Assembly: GCA_963692915.1 (NCBI GenBank)
Contig: OY843584.1
Location: 1,184,001 to 1,248,000 of the forward strand
DNA from: Cenarchaeum sp.
GTDB taxonomy: Archaea > Thermoproteota > Nitrososphaeria > Nitrososphaerales > Nitrosopumilaceae
Length of the DNA: 64,000 bases
Reading direction: 5' to 3'
Shown: piece by piece, positions 1 to 9,667 of the stretch
Layout of the letters: the number at the start of each line of letters is the position of its first letter
Numbering within the stretch: the stretch's first letter is position 1
Translations under genes and position numbers: made by a program
Notes under the pieces: model-generated
Told to the model about the DNA's origin: nothing
The model's database searches: none
Seen by the model: only the letters and a program-made list of their open reading frames with translations

Positions 1-1883
1 ACGTCACTGGGCATATAGAGGTCAACGAGCCAGTCGATGGCCACGCGCAGGCGCTTCTCGGCGCTAGGAAGGCGCGAGAGGTAATAGTTGCGCCAGAGGA
101 GCCAGGCGAGAACACCCTTTAGCCTGATCCCAAAGAGGAGCGCGACGCCGTCGCGTTTTCCGATCATAGCCATTGAACCGGCTGACTCGTAGTCAAAGCG
201 CCGCGGCGTGCGTCCTCCCTTTAGCGCCGCAGTTATGTTGCGCGCTGCAACAGACGCCTGGCGTATGGCGTTCTGCGCAGTCGGCGGGTACGGCCTGTCG
301 GTCCGTGAGTTAAGGAGGTGCGCACAGTCGCCTAGCGCATGGACCTCGGGGTGACCGGCGAGCTGCAGCCACTCGTTGACCATGACGCGCCCGCCTGATC
401 CGTGCTCGGCATCAAGGGACGCTATGACTGGCGATGCCTTCACGCCGCCGGCCCAGACTGTCGTCATGCACGGTATGACCGTCCCGTCGCTAAGCGTCGC
501 CGAGTCAGGCCCTGCCGAGGCGAGCTTTACGCCCTTTAGTATCTCGATTCCGCGCCGCGCCATGGCTCGCTCGGCATATTCGCCGAGGTCGCCGATCTCC
601 GGCAGTATGCGGCCCGAGGAGACGAGGATGACCCTAATGGCATCTGGCTCGATGTTGCGATAATAGCGCTCGGCTGACTCGGTCACAAAGTCCTGGATCG
701 CGCCAGCCGTCTCTACACCAGAAAATCCGCCGCCGACTATGATGAACGTCGCCATGCGTGACTGCGCGGCCACGTCATCCTCCTGGTCTGCGCTCTCTAG
801 CATCATGATTAGGCGGTTGCGCAACGAGAGCGCATCCTCTAGCGTCTTTATTGTGAGCGCGTTCTCCTCAACGCTCTTGTTTCCGTAATAGTTGGTCTCG
901 CCTCCGAGTGCGAGGACGAGGTGGTCATAGCTCATCTCGACGGCCTTGCCGTCCATCCTGCGCCTGATCGTTGCGGTTCGCGCGTCAAGGTCGATCGACT
1001 CGACGCTTGCGTGATAGTAGCGTGCGCGCCGGCAGAATGTCCTTATCGGCGTCGATATGTGGCGCGGCTCGACATGGCCCGTGGCCATCTCGGCGAGTAA
1101 CGGCGTGCTAAGGAAAAAGTTGTCCTCGCTTACGATCGTGATGCCCGTGTCAACAGAGTCCTCAAACTCGCGCTGGAGCCGGCGCAGCACGCCAACGCCG
1201 GCATATCCACCGCCGAGTATGAGTATGCGGCGCAGGAGCGGCGAGCCGCTCCCGTGCATGCGTGCCACATGCTGCGCGTACGTCGCCCTCTTGGAGAACT
1301 CGATGTCACATCGGTGGCAGCGATAGTTGGCGCCAAATCGGCGCGTCAGTGCCGAGGAGATGAACCCGACGGCGAGTCCCCATATCACGTGCGATATCGC
1401 CGAGTCCGTCAGGACTACGGCAGCGTCAAGCTGCGTGGCTGCCATTGAGGGCATGTCAGCGGCAAGGCTCGCGGCGGCTGGCGCAATAACTGCCATCGAG
1501 ACTGGAATTGCAAAGGCGACGAGGACCACGAGACCCACGATGATCCCGTACGCGACGCCGTTGCGAATGCGCGAGAGGCTTATTCCAAACACCCTATAGA
1601 GGACGACTCCGGCGACTATGCCGATCGAGGTCGCCACGAGAATGTGGAACGCGAGTCCGACTATCGGCTCGCCGGAGCCAACTATGCGCGCGATGACGAG
1701 GAGGAGGCGCACATAGTCGTTGCCGCCTATACTCGTGGCGTATATCTGCGAGGCGTGCATGAGAATCGCGCCTACTAGTGAGCCGGCCACGACAAAGGCG
1801 ACCTCGCGGCGAAGCGAATAGTTGACGCGCGGCTCATCTAGCGTGCTGTGCACCGCCGGAGTGCCGGCCGTCTCTCCTGTCAC
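1..1883 (-). CDS. NDH-2-like FAD-dependent oxidoreductase with N-terminal membrane domain and C2H2 zinc finger (3' end outside window)
   Basis: Manual translation from GTG 1883: several TM helices, YRCHRCDIEF..HVARMH, RILILGGGYAG, later IIVGGGFSGVE and GDCA..YPPTAQNA motifs; not in the ORF track because no stop lies within the window. Confidence 0.85.
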   Translation of the reverse strand, partial: MTGETAGTPAVHSTLDEPRVNYSLRREVAFVVAGSLVGAILMHASQIYATSIGGNDYVRLLLVIARIVGSGEPIVGLAFHILVATSIGIVAGVVLYRVFGISLSRIRNGVAYGIIVGLVVLVAFAIPVSMAVIAPAAASLAADMPSMAATQLDAAVVLTDSAISHVIWGLAVGFISSALTRRFGANYRCHRCDIEFSKRATYAQHVARMHGSGSPLLRRILILGGGYAGVGVLRRLQREFEDSVDTGITIVSEDNFFLSTPLLAEMATGHVEPRHISTPIRTFCRRARYYHASVESIDLDARTATIRRRMDGKAVEMSYDHLVLALGGETNYYGNKSVEENALTIKTLEDALSLRNRLIMMLESADQEDDVAAQSRMATFIIVGGGFSGVETAGAIQDFVTESAERYYRNIEPDAIRVILVSSGRILPEIGDLGEYAERAMARRGIEILKGVKLASAGPDSATLSDGTVIPCMTTVWAGGVKASPVIASLDAEHGSGGRVMVNEWLQLAGHPEVHALGDCAHLLNSRTDRPYPPTAQNAIRQASVAARNITAALKGGRTPRRFDYESAGSMAMIGKRDGVALLFGIRLKGVLAWLLWRNYYLSRLPSAEKRLRVAIDWLVDLYMPSD

Positions 1884-1974
1884 ACTGGTCGGTGCGGCGA
1901 GGGGCAATATGTGGGTGCGCATTGAGCCGGCTCTCAATAGTGTTAAATCTAGACCTCGCAGGAGGGGTGCAGAC

Positions 1975-3171
1975 ATGGGAGAGTTTGACGAGTTTGCCGA
2001 GGCCCTCCTGGACCAGCTCTCCGTGGAGGTCTCCGAGGAGCGCGAGATGGAGAGGCTCGCCGGCGACATAGCCGGCGATGCGGACTTTGATGTCTCATTT
2101 GAGCCCCTCGATGCCCTCGCCGAGTCCACGCTAGGCGAGATGGTGGGCCTCGCCGAGGGAGTCACGGGCCTCAAGGTCGCCGACGCGCTTCGCGTGGAGA
2201 TAACGGGGCTAGATGACTTTAAGGCCCTCAAGGCAAAAAAGGTCTACGCGCAGGGTGACGCGCGCGAGCACGTCAGGCGCCTCTTTGCGGCAGTCGCAGC
2301 GCAGGACACGGGTGCCATAGCGAGCCTGGCAAAGGACGACACGGCGCGCTTTCTAGTCTACTCGACATACGCAAAGGCGTATCTCTCAAAGATATCTACG
2401 ACGTACGGCGACTATATGGACTCGACGATACACCTCAACTCGTTCATACTCGCGCGCTATCCGCAGATAATACTGTACAGGCAGGGCAAGCCGTACGCCG
2501 CGCGCCATGGCGCAGTCAGGTCAGGATACATCGGTGCCGTAAAGATGACAATCCTCGAGGAGGCGATCCACTCGATGCAGGAGCCGCTCCATAAAGCCAA
2601 CGAGGCTGCAGTCTCCAATGTCAATGCGCTAAACGAGGAGCTCGCCGCGTCGATCATTGCACTCGATGACCCTACTGCGGCAAGCCTGTCAGAGTACCTA
2701 AAGCTGCCGCCCGTGCCCGAGGACTTTGCGGCCGCAAGGCGCGCAAACCTGTTTTTCACGCTAAATCCGGACAACTTTGTCGCGCGCGTCCTCGGGCCTG
2801 ACGTCATGACATACAGCAGGGTCGAGGTGGATCCAAAGATAGGCGAGATGGTTCCCGGTCTGGCCGACATATACGCAAGGTGGCTCGGCCCCATACAGGC
2901 CCACCATGCGGCGTTCACCGTAATGGAGGGCATGGCCGAGTTTGCAGTCAGGGAGGCCCTATCGGGGGATGCGGACTTTGGCATGTACCTGCAGACGTTC
3001 ATGGGGACCGACATGACGTCATATGGCGTGCGAAAGAGCATCGGGCGCGACTTTGTCGCCGCGGCACACAAGGGCATCGGGCAGGGCGCCTTTGGCGAGA
3101 TGCTGCGCCGCACGCCGACGACAAGGGACCTAAAGGATCCCTCGGCGTGGCTAGAGGCCGCACGCGCATAG
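1975..3171 (+). CDS. Hypothetical protein, zincin-like (DUF2342-like) motifs
   Basis: Long ORF, ATG 1975 after GGAGG; ILEEAIHSMQ and VMEGMAEF resemble zincin HExxH..E motifs. Confidence 0.6.
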   Translation: MGEFDEFAEALLDQLSVEVSEEREMERLAGDIAGDADFDVSFEPLDALAESTLGEMVGLAEGVTGLKVADALRVEITGLDDFKALKAKKVYAQGDAREHVRRLFAAVAAQDTGAIASLAKDDTARFLVYSTYAKAYLSKISTTYGDYMDSTIHLNSFILARYPQIILYRQGKPYAARHGAVRSGYIGAVKMTILEEAIHSMQEPLHKANEAAVSNVNALNEELAASIIALDDPTAASLSEYLKLPPVPEDFAAARRANLFFTLNPDNFVARVLGPDVMTYSRVEVDPKIGEMVPGLADIYARWLGPIQAHHAAFTVMEGMAEFAVREALSGDADFGMYLQTFMGTDMTSYGVRKSIGRDFVAAAHKGIGQGAFGEMLRRTPTTRDLKDPSAWLEAARA

Positions 3172-3175
3172 CGCC

Positions 3176-3988
3176 ATGCCCGCGTTTGACCCGTTTCTAG
3201 CCGAGTGGTCGTCGTTTGCGACTGATGCGCGCTATAGCCTCATCGAGCGTGGCCTAAAGATGGCTCAGCTTCTCGAGTATCCGGAACTTGACATATCTGC
3301 ATATGTCGCCAAGCTTGCAGCAATGCGCGAGTCATTCAGGCTAGACATGGGCTACGCGACTGACACGCCGTCGGTGATCGGCGCGCTCAACTCGCACGTC
3401 TTTGGGACGTGCGCGTTTAGGGGTGATTTTGAGGATCACTATGACCCGCGCAACAACTTTCTCAACGAGGTCATCGACCGGCGGGTCGGAATCGCCATAA
3501 CTGTTTCGATGGTCTACGCCGAGATAGCGCGTGGAGCGCGCCTCGAGATGAGACTCATCAGCTTTCCCGGTCGTGTCCTCGTCGGCCACGGCACTACGGT
3601 AATCGACGCTGTCGCCGGCGGGCGCATACTCGGCCAAGACGACCTGCGCGCGCTCCTAAAGGCCACCGTCGGCCCGAACGCCGAGCCCGCCGAGGACATC
3701 CTCGTGGGCGCAACTCCAGAGAGAATGCTCGTGCGCCTTACGCGAAACCTAAAGCACTCGTACATGCACTCATACGCGCACGACAAGGCCCTGCGCTGTG
3801 CACGCATGGCCCTAGTCCTGGCGCCAGACTCAGCTGAGGACATGAGGGATGCCGGCCTCCTCGAGGCGCGTCTCCAGGATCGCCAGGGTGCCATAGAGCA
3901 CCTTGGACGTTACCTCGAGATGAACCCCAATGGGGACGACGTCGACCACGTCCTGGAGATTATACGCCAGATGCGCTCTAGTCGATGA
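3176..3988 (+). CDS. SirB1-family transglutaminase-like/TPR protein
   Basis: FRGD.EDHYDPRNNFLNEVIDRRVGIAIT, FPG, and C-terminal RDAGLL TPR. Confidence 0.85.
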   Translation: MPAFDPFLAEWSSFATDARYSLIERGLKMAQLLEYPELDISAYVAKLAAMRESFRLDMGYATDTPSVIGALNSHVFGTCAFRGDFEDHYDPRNNFLNEVIDRRVGIAITVSMVYAEIARGARLEMRLISFPGRVLVGHGTTVIDAVAGGRILGQDDLRALLKATVGPNAEPAEDILVGATPERMLVRLTRNLKHSYMHSYAHDKALRCARMALVLAPDSAEDMRDAGLLEARLQDRQGAIEHLGRYLEMNPNGDDVDHVLEIIRQMRSSR

Positions 3989-4148
3989 TGGACTCGACAT
4001 CGCTGCCACTCTTTATCATCGAGATCTCGTGGCGCGCGATCTTGTTGCGCATTGCGTGCTTTAGCCTGTCGACCTCTGCGCGCAGCGTGGCGACCTCATC
4101 CTCGAGGCGCGCGACGCGGTTGTAGATGGTCTCAGATGACTCGCTCAT
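3978..4148 (-). CDS. Small coiled-coil protein (56 aa)
   Basis: Manual translation MSESSETIYNRVARLEDEVATLRAEVDRLKHAMRNKIARHEISMIKSGSDVESIID; AT-rich TATA-like element upstream. Confidence 0.7.
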   Translation of the reverse strand: MSESSETIYNRVARLEDEVATLRAEVDRLKHAMRNKIARHEISMIKSGSDVESIID

Positions 4149-4206
4149 TTCAGCATCCCCTCACCAAATTTACTTAAAAAGGTATGTCCGGCCCCACACG
4201 TGAAGC

Positions 4207-4368
4207 CTAGAGCTCAAACTCCTTGTTGCACGAGGGGCACTTTGCGCGCTCCTCGCCGGGAGGGCCAATTATCTGGATTCGCCCTATCGTCTTGCACTCG
4301 CGGCACATGCCCGTCGTCACGTTGCGTGGGCGCGTGCGGACTATCTTTTGGCTCTTTCTGCGCCCCAT
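4207..4368 (-). CDS. Small basic zinc-ribbon protein (53 aa)
   Basis: MGRRKSQKIVRTRPRNVTTGMCRECKTIGRIQIIGPPGEERAKCPSCNKEFEL; two CxxC motifs; TTAATA about 30 bp upstream. Confidence 0.7.
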   Translation of the reverse strand: MGRRKSQKIVRTRPRNVTTGMCRECKTIGRIQIIGPPGEERAKCPSCNKEFEL

Positions 4369-4425
4369 CTCGCGTGGTGGGGAGTCGCGCGCACTATTAA
4401 GTCTAATTGCCGTAGCGCACTTTGG

Positions 4426-4512
4426 TGGCGCGGAGAGAGGGATTCGAACCCTCGTGCTCTTGCGAGCATGGGATTAGCAATCCCACGCCCTACCAGGCTA
4501 GGCGATCTCCGC
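4426..4512 (-). tRNA. tRNA-Ser(GCT)
   Basis: Cloverleaf GCGGAGA..GGGAT-TGCTAA-TCCC, long variable arm, GTTCGAATC, encoded CCA. Confidence 0.95.
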
Positions 4513-4737
4513 ACGTGCGACGCGCGCACAGTCACGCGTATTAAACTGATGCGCACCGGGAGCAGCGCAGGGGCTATTGCCGTCTGGTGTTCACCATCCC
4601 TGCCCATGTAACACACGCCGTGCCGTCGGGGGCAGCACCCTCCACGGTTCCCACGGCGCAGATAGGTCGGCTTGCAAGACGTCCATGCGGCACGCACGGC
4701 GCAGGGTTTAATATCAAATTCGCGCGAGCGCGGGGCA

Positions 4738-5772
4738 ATGGCTCGCAAGGCAGCAGTGATGCGGGGGGATGGCATAGGCCCTGAGGTCGTCGATGCCATG
4801 CTATCTGTCCTGCGCGAATGCAACACGGGGATCGAGCTTGTCATGTGCGAGGCCGGCTCGGAGCAGTGGGAGAAAAATTCGCGACGCGACGCGACGTACA
4901 TACCGGATGCGACGATGGAAGAGCTAAAGCGCACAGATGCGTGCTTTAAGGGTCCGACGACGACTCTGCCCGTGCCGGGCGCACCGCGAAGCGTCGCAGT
5001 AACACTACGCCAAGAGTTTGAGCTGTACGCCAACATTAGGCCATGCTCGACATACGAGAGGATCACGCCGGGTCGCCACCTCGAGTGCGTCTGCTTTCGC
5101 GAGGCCACAGAAGGCCTCTATTCTGGCGTCGAGGCCCAGGTCGGGCCGGACGCGGCAATTGCGATAAGAAAGGTGACAAGGGCGGGATGTGCACGTCTTG
5201 CCGATGCGGCGTTTGCGTGGGCAAGGGATCGTGGCATGAAAAAGGCAGTCGCCATCACAAAGAGGAACATACTAAAGCGCACTGACGGCATCTTTTGGGA
5301 AGAGGTTCAGAGAGCCGCCTCAGAGTCTGCCGGCGTCAACGTCTCTGAAGTGTATATCGACAACATGGCCCAGCAGCTCGTCGTGGCGCCCGAACAGTTT
5401 AACGGGGCGGTTCTGCTTAGCACAAACCTCTTCATGGACATCATATCAGAGCTCGTCTCTGGCCTCGTCGGCTCGATAGGGCTCATACACTCGGCGAACA
5501 TGGGTGACTCGTACGCAATGTTTGAGGCGGCCCACGGCTCGGCGCCAGACATCGCCGGCCAGGGAAGGGCAAATCCGGCCGCGACGATACTGTCAGGCGC
5601 ATGGATGGCCGAGCACCTCGGCGAGGCCGAGATCGGACGCGCCATAAGGGAGTCGACTGCCAAGGTCATCAACGAAGGCAAGGCCGTGACTGCAGACATT
5701 GGCGGCTCAGCTGGTACCTCGCAGATGGCTGCAGCCATTGCGGCCGGTGCGGTCTCATCGCTGCGCCGCTAA
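4738..5772 (+). CDS. Isocitrate/isopropylmalate dehydrogenase family protein
   Basis: GDGIGPEV, LYANIRP, NLFMDIISE, FEAAHGSAPDIAG. Confidence 0.9.
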   Translation: MARKAAVMRGDGIGPEVVDAMLSVLRECNTGIELVMCEAGSEQWEKNSRRDATYIPDATMEELKRTDACFKGPTTTLPVPGAPRSVAVTLRQEFELYANIRPCSTYERITPGRHLECVCFREATEGLYSGVEAQVGPDAAIAIRKVTRAGCARLADAAFAWARDRGMKKAVAITKRNILKRTDGIFWEEVQRAASESAGVNVSEVYIDNMAQQLVVAPEQFNGAVLLSTNLFMDIISELVSGLVGSIGLIHSANMGDSYAMFEAAHGSAPDIAGQGRANPAATILSGAWMAEHLGEAEIGRAIRESTAKVINEGKAVTADIGGSAGTSQMAAAIAAGAVSSLRR

Positions 5773-5801
5773 AACGGCGATTGCTGTCGGCTAGACCACC
5801 C

Positions 5802-6326
5802 TTATGCCCGCGAGGCCTCGATTAGGAGGAGGGTCTCAAAGAACATCTTTTTTGTCATGACCGTGCGCGTCAAGAGGCCTGCCTCGTGCGCCAGGCCGAC
5901 GAGCTCCTCGGGGTGCGAGAGCGATGACGTGACAAAGAGAAAGCGCCCGCCGCGCGCAATTCTCGGGATCGCCGAGCGCATTATGCGCAGCGGAACCTCG
6001 ACGCCGTCGCGCCCACCATCAGTCGCGTGAACCTCGACGGAGTCCGACTCGACATACGGCATGTTACATATGACAAGCTCAAAGTCCCCTTGCAGCGCGT
6101 CAGCACCGTCGCAGCAGACGCGGTTTTTCGCGCGAAATGTCTGCGTGCGCAACGCGCCGAGGTTGATGTCAGTCGAGATGACGAGCTCAAATGAGCGCTC
6201 TAGGACGCGCGTCAGGTATCCGGATCCCGATCCTATCTCAAGGGCGCGGCGGCCGGACGCGGCGGCGAGGCCGTCCTCGAGGAGGAACGTGTCCTCAGCG
6301 CGCGCGTACTCGCGCTCAGCGCCCAA
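5802..6326 (-). CDS. HemK2-like N5-glutamine methyltransferase
   Basis: AEDTFLL, LEIGSGSG, NMPY motif; TTG start inferred. Confidence 0.85.
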   Translation of the reverse strand: MGAEREYARAEDTFLLEDGLAAASGRRALEIGSGSGYLTRVLERSFELVISTDINLGALRTQTFRAKNRVCCDGADALQGDFELVICNMPYVESDSVEVHATDGGRDGVEVPLRIMRSAIPRIARGGRFLFVTSSLSHPEELVGLAHEAGLLTRTVMTKKMFFETLLLIEASRA

Positions 6327-7035
6327 GTGACTGCGCGATGCGGACAATCTCTCCACCGTCGAGCTCCTCGATCCTCCCGTCGCCGTCTCCCGTGCGCGGT
6401 GCTGCACCGAGTATTTGCAGCGCGCGGCGGAGCGTCTTGCGCCTGTACGAAAAGAGCGAGTTTATCGCATGGATGGTCTGCGTGTCGAGCGTCGCGCGGC
6501 GGCGCAGCGAGAGTATGACCGAGTCAACGCGCGGAGGCGGCTCAAAGCTGTCACGGCCAACGCCGGCGACGCGCGATATGCCAAATGCCGCATTGGCTAT
6601 AACGCTTATCGCGCGCCGGTCGCATGCGCGCTCTGGGCAGAGCTTGTCGGCAAACTCGCGCTGCACGATGACGGCTCCGCGCGCAAAGCGGCGCTGTGCC
6701 ATCCACTCAAAGGCACGACGGCTCTGTGAGTACGGGAGGCTAGAGACAAAGACGTCAAACTCGCCATCGCCAGAGAACGCGTCTGCGCAGCGCAGCTCGA
6801 GGTTCTGCGTGTGCCCAAGGCGGTCACAGACGCCGGCGTGGAGGCGCGAGTCAGACTCGACTGATATGACGCGTGAGGCGGCCTCACAGAGGAGCGGGAC
6901 GAGTGCGCCTGTGCCCGTGCCGGCCTCATATACCGTGTCAGAGCCGCCCACGCCGGCAGCCGAGACGACTAGCGCTGCGGCCTCGGAGGAAGCCAAAAAG
7001 TGCTGGCCCGCCTCAGCGCGCCTGCTGCGCGTCAT
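6316..7035 (-). CDS. rsmA: 16S rRNA dimethyladenosine transferase
   Basis: GQHFL, EAGTGTG, SLPY, FEPPPRVDS, RRKTL. Confidence 0.9.
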   Translation of the reverse strand: MTRSRRAEAGQHFLASSEAAALVVSAAGVGGSDTVYEAGTGTGALVPLLCEAASRVISVESDSRLHAGVCDRLGHTQNLELRCADAFSGDGEFDVFVSSLPYSQSRRAFEWMAQRRFARGAVIVQREFADKLCPERACDRRAISVIANAAFGISRVAGVGRDSFEPPPRVDSVILSLRRRATLDTQTIHAINSLFSYRRKTLRRALQILGAAPRTGDGDGRIEELDGGEIVRIAQSLGR

Positions 7036-7598
7036 CGCTTGACAAAGATGCTCATGCGCGCGACGCCTGTTATCTCGTCCATGACACGCTGCACGACGCG
7101 CGTGATGGGATCCTTGAGTCCCGCGCGCTCCTCGACGTCCTCATAGCTCTCAAACGGGCGTCTTGTGCGCTCGTCGATGATCGTCTTTAGGAGCTTTTTG
7201 CCCACACCGGGTATTATCTCGAGGGCGTGCGTGCGTGGCGTGAGTGGCTCTGCCCTGTTGATGTACATGACAAAGCGCTCTTCGCTGTCCTCGACTATCT
7301 CGCGCACGATGCGTGGGATCGACTCTTTTGCGCCGCTAGGTATCCGCTCGTACTCTAGCTTGCCGAGGACGGACTCGATCTTTGATCGACTCTCCTTGCT
7401 AACGTCAATCCTCTCGCCGACCTCAAAGGACGTGCCCTCGTTGCCGAGAACCTCAAGGAGCGTAAACTTGCTCTCGCCGATCGTCGTCAGTATGATCCCC
7501 TTTTTGCCGCGAACCGTCATCGAGCGCTGGCGCGTGCGAAAGTCAAGCACGCGCACCATCTCCTCATACTTTTTTGGGACAGGGGCGGACAATACCAC
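7032..7598 (-). CDS. DUF655 family putative RNA-binding protein
   Basis: FTLLE, HALEIIPGVGKK, PFESYED; canonical position after rpoF. Confidence 0.9.
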   Translation of the reverse strand: MVLSAPVPKKYEEMVRVLDFRTRQRSMTVRGKKGIILTTIGESKFTLLEVLGNEGTSFEVGERIDVSKESRSKIESVLGKLEYERIPSGAKESIPRIVREIVEDSEERFVMYINRAEPLTPRTHALEIIPGVGKKLLKTIIDERTRRPFESYEDVEERAGLKDPITRVVQRVMDEITGVARMSIFVKR

Positions 7599-7609
7599 AT
7601 TACCCTAGG

Positions 7610-7936
7610 TCAGGACTTCTCCTTGATTATGGAGATTATCTTTTCAAGTGTCTCGGTAAGGATTAGCTTTTTCCAGCCGAACGTGAACGAACGCAGCTCA
7701 GCCATCGAGGACGGGAGAATGTTGACGATCTCCACTGCCTCCTCCTCGGTCAGTCCACACTCCTTGACCATACGCTGCCGCATCTTTTTGGCCTCCACTC
7801 CATCGATCGAGACGAACTTTGTCGCATAGTCGCGCGTCCAGTTCTGTATCTGATCCATCGAGTCAGGATCTGCCTTGCCAAGCAGATCCTTGACTTCTGC
7901 TAGTGTGATCGGCTGCTTTTTTCGTATCTCCTCCAA
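7610..7936 (-). CDS. rpoF: RNA polymerase subunit Rpo4 (F)
   Basis: ITLAEVK..DQIQ..EEAVEIVNILP; synteny; TTG start inferred. Confidence 0.9.
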   Translation of the reverse strand: MEEIRKKQPITLAEVKDLLGKADPDSMDQIQNWTRDYATKFVSIDGVEAKKMRQRMVKECGLTEEEAVEIVNILPSSMAELRSFTFGWKKLILTETLEKIISIIKEKS

Positions 7937-7937
7937 C

Positions 7938-8240
7938 TTATAGCACCCCAAACGGCTTTACGTGATCAAGCCTAGTTATCAGCGTCTTTGACTTGTTTCC
8001 TAGCTTTACGTCGAGTGAGAGCGTGCGTCTGCCCACGTTGCGGACGAGGCCGACCTTGCCGTGGTAGCGGCGGTGCGGCAGGCCCTTGTGCTGCGAAGGG
8101 TCGATGATAACGAGTGCCCTCTGACCTACGGCGTACTCGCGCAGGAGGAACGAGACGCCCCTGATGGCCCTCTTGGTCATGATCGAGCGCGACTTGTGTC
8201 GGAATCCGTGCGAGCGACCCGACGGCTTTTTGGTGGTCAT
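7938..8240 (-). CDS. rpl21e: 50S ribosomal protein L21e
   Basis: SHGFRHKSR, IDPSQHKGLPHRRYHGKVG. Confidence 0.95.
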   Translation of the reverse strand: MTTKKPSGRSHGFRHKSRSIMTKRAIRGVSFLLREYAVGQRALVIIDPSQHKGLPHRRYHGKVGLVRNVGRRTLSLDVKLGNKSKTLITRLDHVKPFGVL

Positions 8241-8281
8241 TACAGGACGCTCGCGCGGCTGCCTATTTTTAACACTTTTGG

Positions 8282-9481
8282 CTATTTGGCGGTCTCTTGC
8301 TGGCTCGAATCGCCTAATTCTGCCTCCGGCGCCGACACGTCAACTGAGGCCTCGGTCGTCGCCGCATCGTCGGCTCCTGGCTCGGGCACGTCAGTCGGAC
8401 CCTCGACCCTGGGCTCGTCGGTGGCCTCAGGCGCAGGAGCGGCCTTTTTTGTTCTCTTGACGACCGGCTTGGCTGCAGGCTTTGCGGCAACTGCCTTTTT
8501 GGTCTTTTTGGCTCCTGCCTCCTCGGGGTCGATCACTCCGGCCGCTCCGAGCGCAAAGAGAACCTCCTCCTCGGGGTGGTGTGGGCTGTCGACCATGCGC
8601 GCAATTCTCTTCTTGCCGGATTTCTTAAAGTAGACTCGGTATGTGCTGGTGTGAGCCACGACGTTGCCGCCGACGGGGCGTGTTGGATCGCCAAAAAAGA
8701 CATCTGGTGATGCCATGACCTGGTTTGTCGCTATCGCAGCACAGTTGTACGTCTCGGCGATGCGTGAGAGCAGGTGGACAAAGTGGTTGAGCTTTTGTTG
8801 CCTGGCTGCCAGAGTACCCCGTCCTAGGTACTCTGACCTAAAGAGACCCACAGCCGAGTCTGCCACTATGAGCTTTATGTTGTTGTCTTTTATCAGGTTG
8901 CTCGCCTCTTCTAGTATGAGCGTCTGGTGTGCGCTATTGTAGGCGCGCGCAACTATGATGTTCTCGAGAACCTTTTCGGGATCCATTCCGTGCGCATTGG
9001 CGATCGTGACTATGCGCTCCGGACGGAAGGTGTGCTCAGAGTCGATGTAGAGCACGGTGCCCTGCAAGCCGCCCTCCTCAGGAGACTTTTGAACCATAAC
9101 GCACATTGTGTGGCAGAACTGTGTCTTGCCACAGCCAAACTCGCCATACACCTCGGTGAGCGCCTGCGTCTCGATGCCGCCCTCAAAGAGCGTGTCAAGG
9201 CAGTTCGTGCCAGTGGTGATCTTGCCAATCTCTTGCCTCCTCTTGTAGATTTCCGAGGCGTTCTCAAAGCTCTGTGCTATGAGGCCAGCGTCGGCAAGCT
9301 GCACGCGTGCCTTGTTGACTATCTTTTCGGCCGTGTCGCGATCCATGCCGGTGATCTCGGTGATCTCGACCGGACCCCTGACCACGAGGTCCATCATGTT
9401 GTGAACCCCGGCGTCGGTGAGTTTCTTCGTGGTGACCGGCCCGACCCCCGTGAGGTTCTCGAGCTTGTACTCGGCTTCCAT
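8282..9481 (-). CDS. radA: DNA repair and recombination protein RadA
   Basis: GEFGCGKTQ, YIDSEHTFRPER, GRGTLAARQQ; low-complexity C-terminal tail. Confidence 0.97.
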   Translation of the reverse strand: MEAEYKLENLTGVGPVTTKKLTDAGVHNMMDLVVRGPVEITEITGMDRDTAEKIVNKARVQLADAGLIAQSFENASEIYKRRQEIGKITTGTNCLDTLFEGGIETQALTEVYGEFGCGKTQFCHTMCVMVQKSPEEGGLQGTVLYIDSEHTFRPERIVTIANAHGMDPEKVLENIIVARAYNSAHQTLILEEASNLIKDNNIKLIVADSAVGLFRSEYLGRGTLAARQQKLNHFVHLLSRIAETYNCAAIATNQVMASPDVFFGDPTRPVGGNVVAHTSTYRVYFKKSGKKRIARMVDSPHHPEEEVLFALGAAGVIDPEEAGAKKTKKAVAAKPAAKPVVKRTKKAAPAPEATDEPRVEGPTDVPEPGADDAATTEASVDVSAPEAELGDSSQQETAK

Positions 9482-9667
9482 GGCAGAGGGGTCAGTACGG
9501 TACTATAAAGGGATTTACCTGAATGACGGATTTCGGCGCAGTTTCTCGTGAAGGCAAATTTCCTATTTTCTATATAGATAAATTACACCCATACTAGGCA
9601 GCAGAACGCGCACGCGCGGCGAGATCCCGTAAAGACTTTTTTAGAGCGCCCCGGCGAGACGCTTCAG

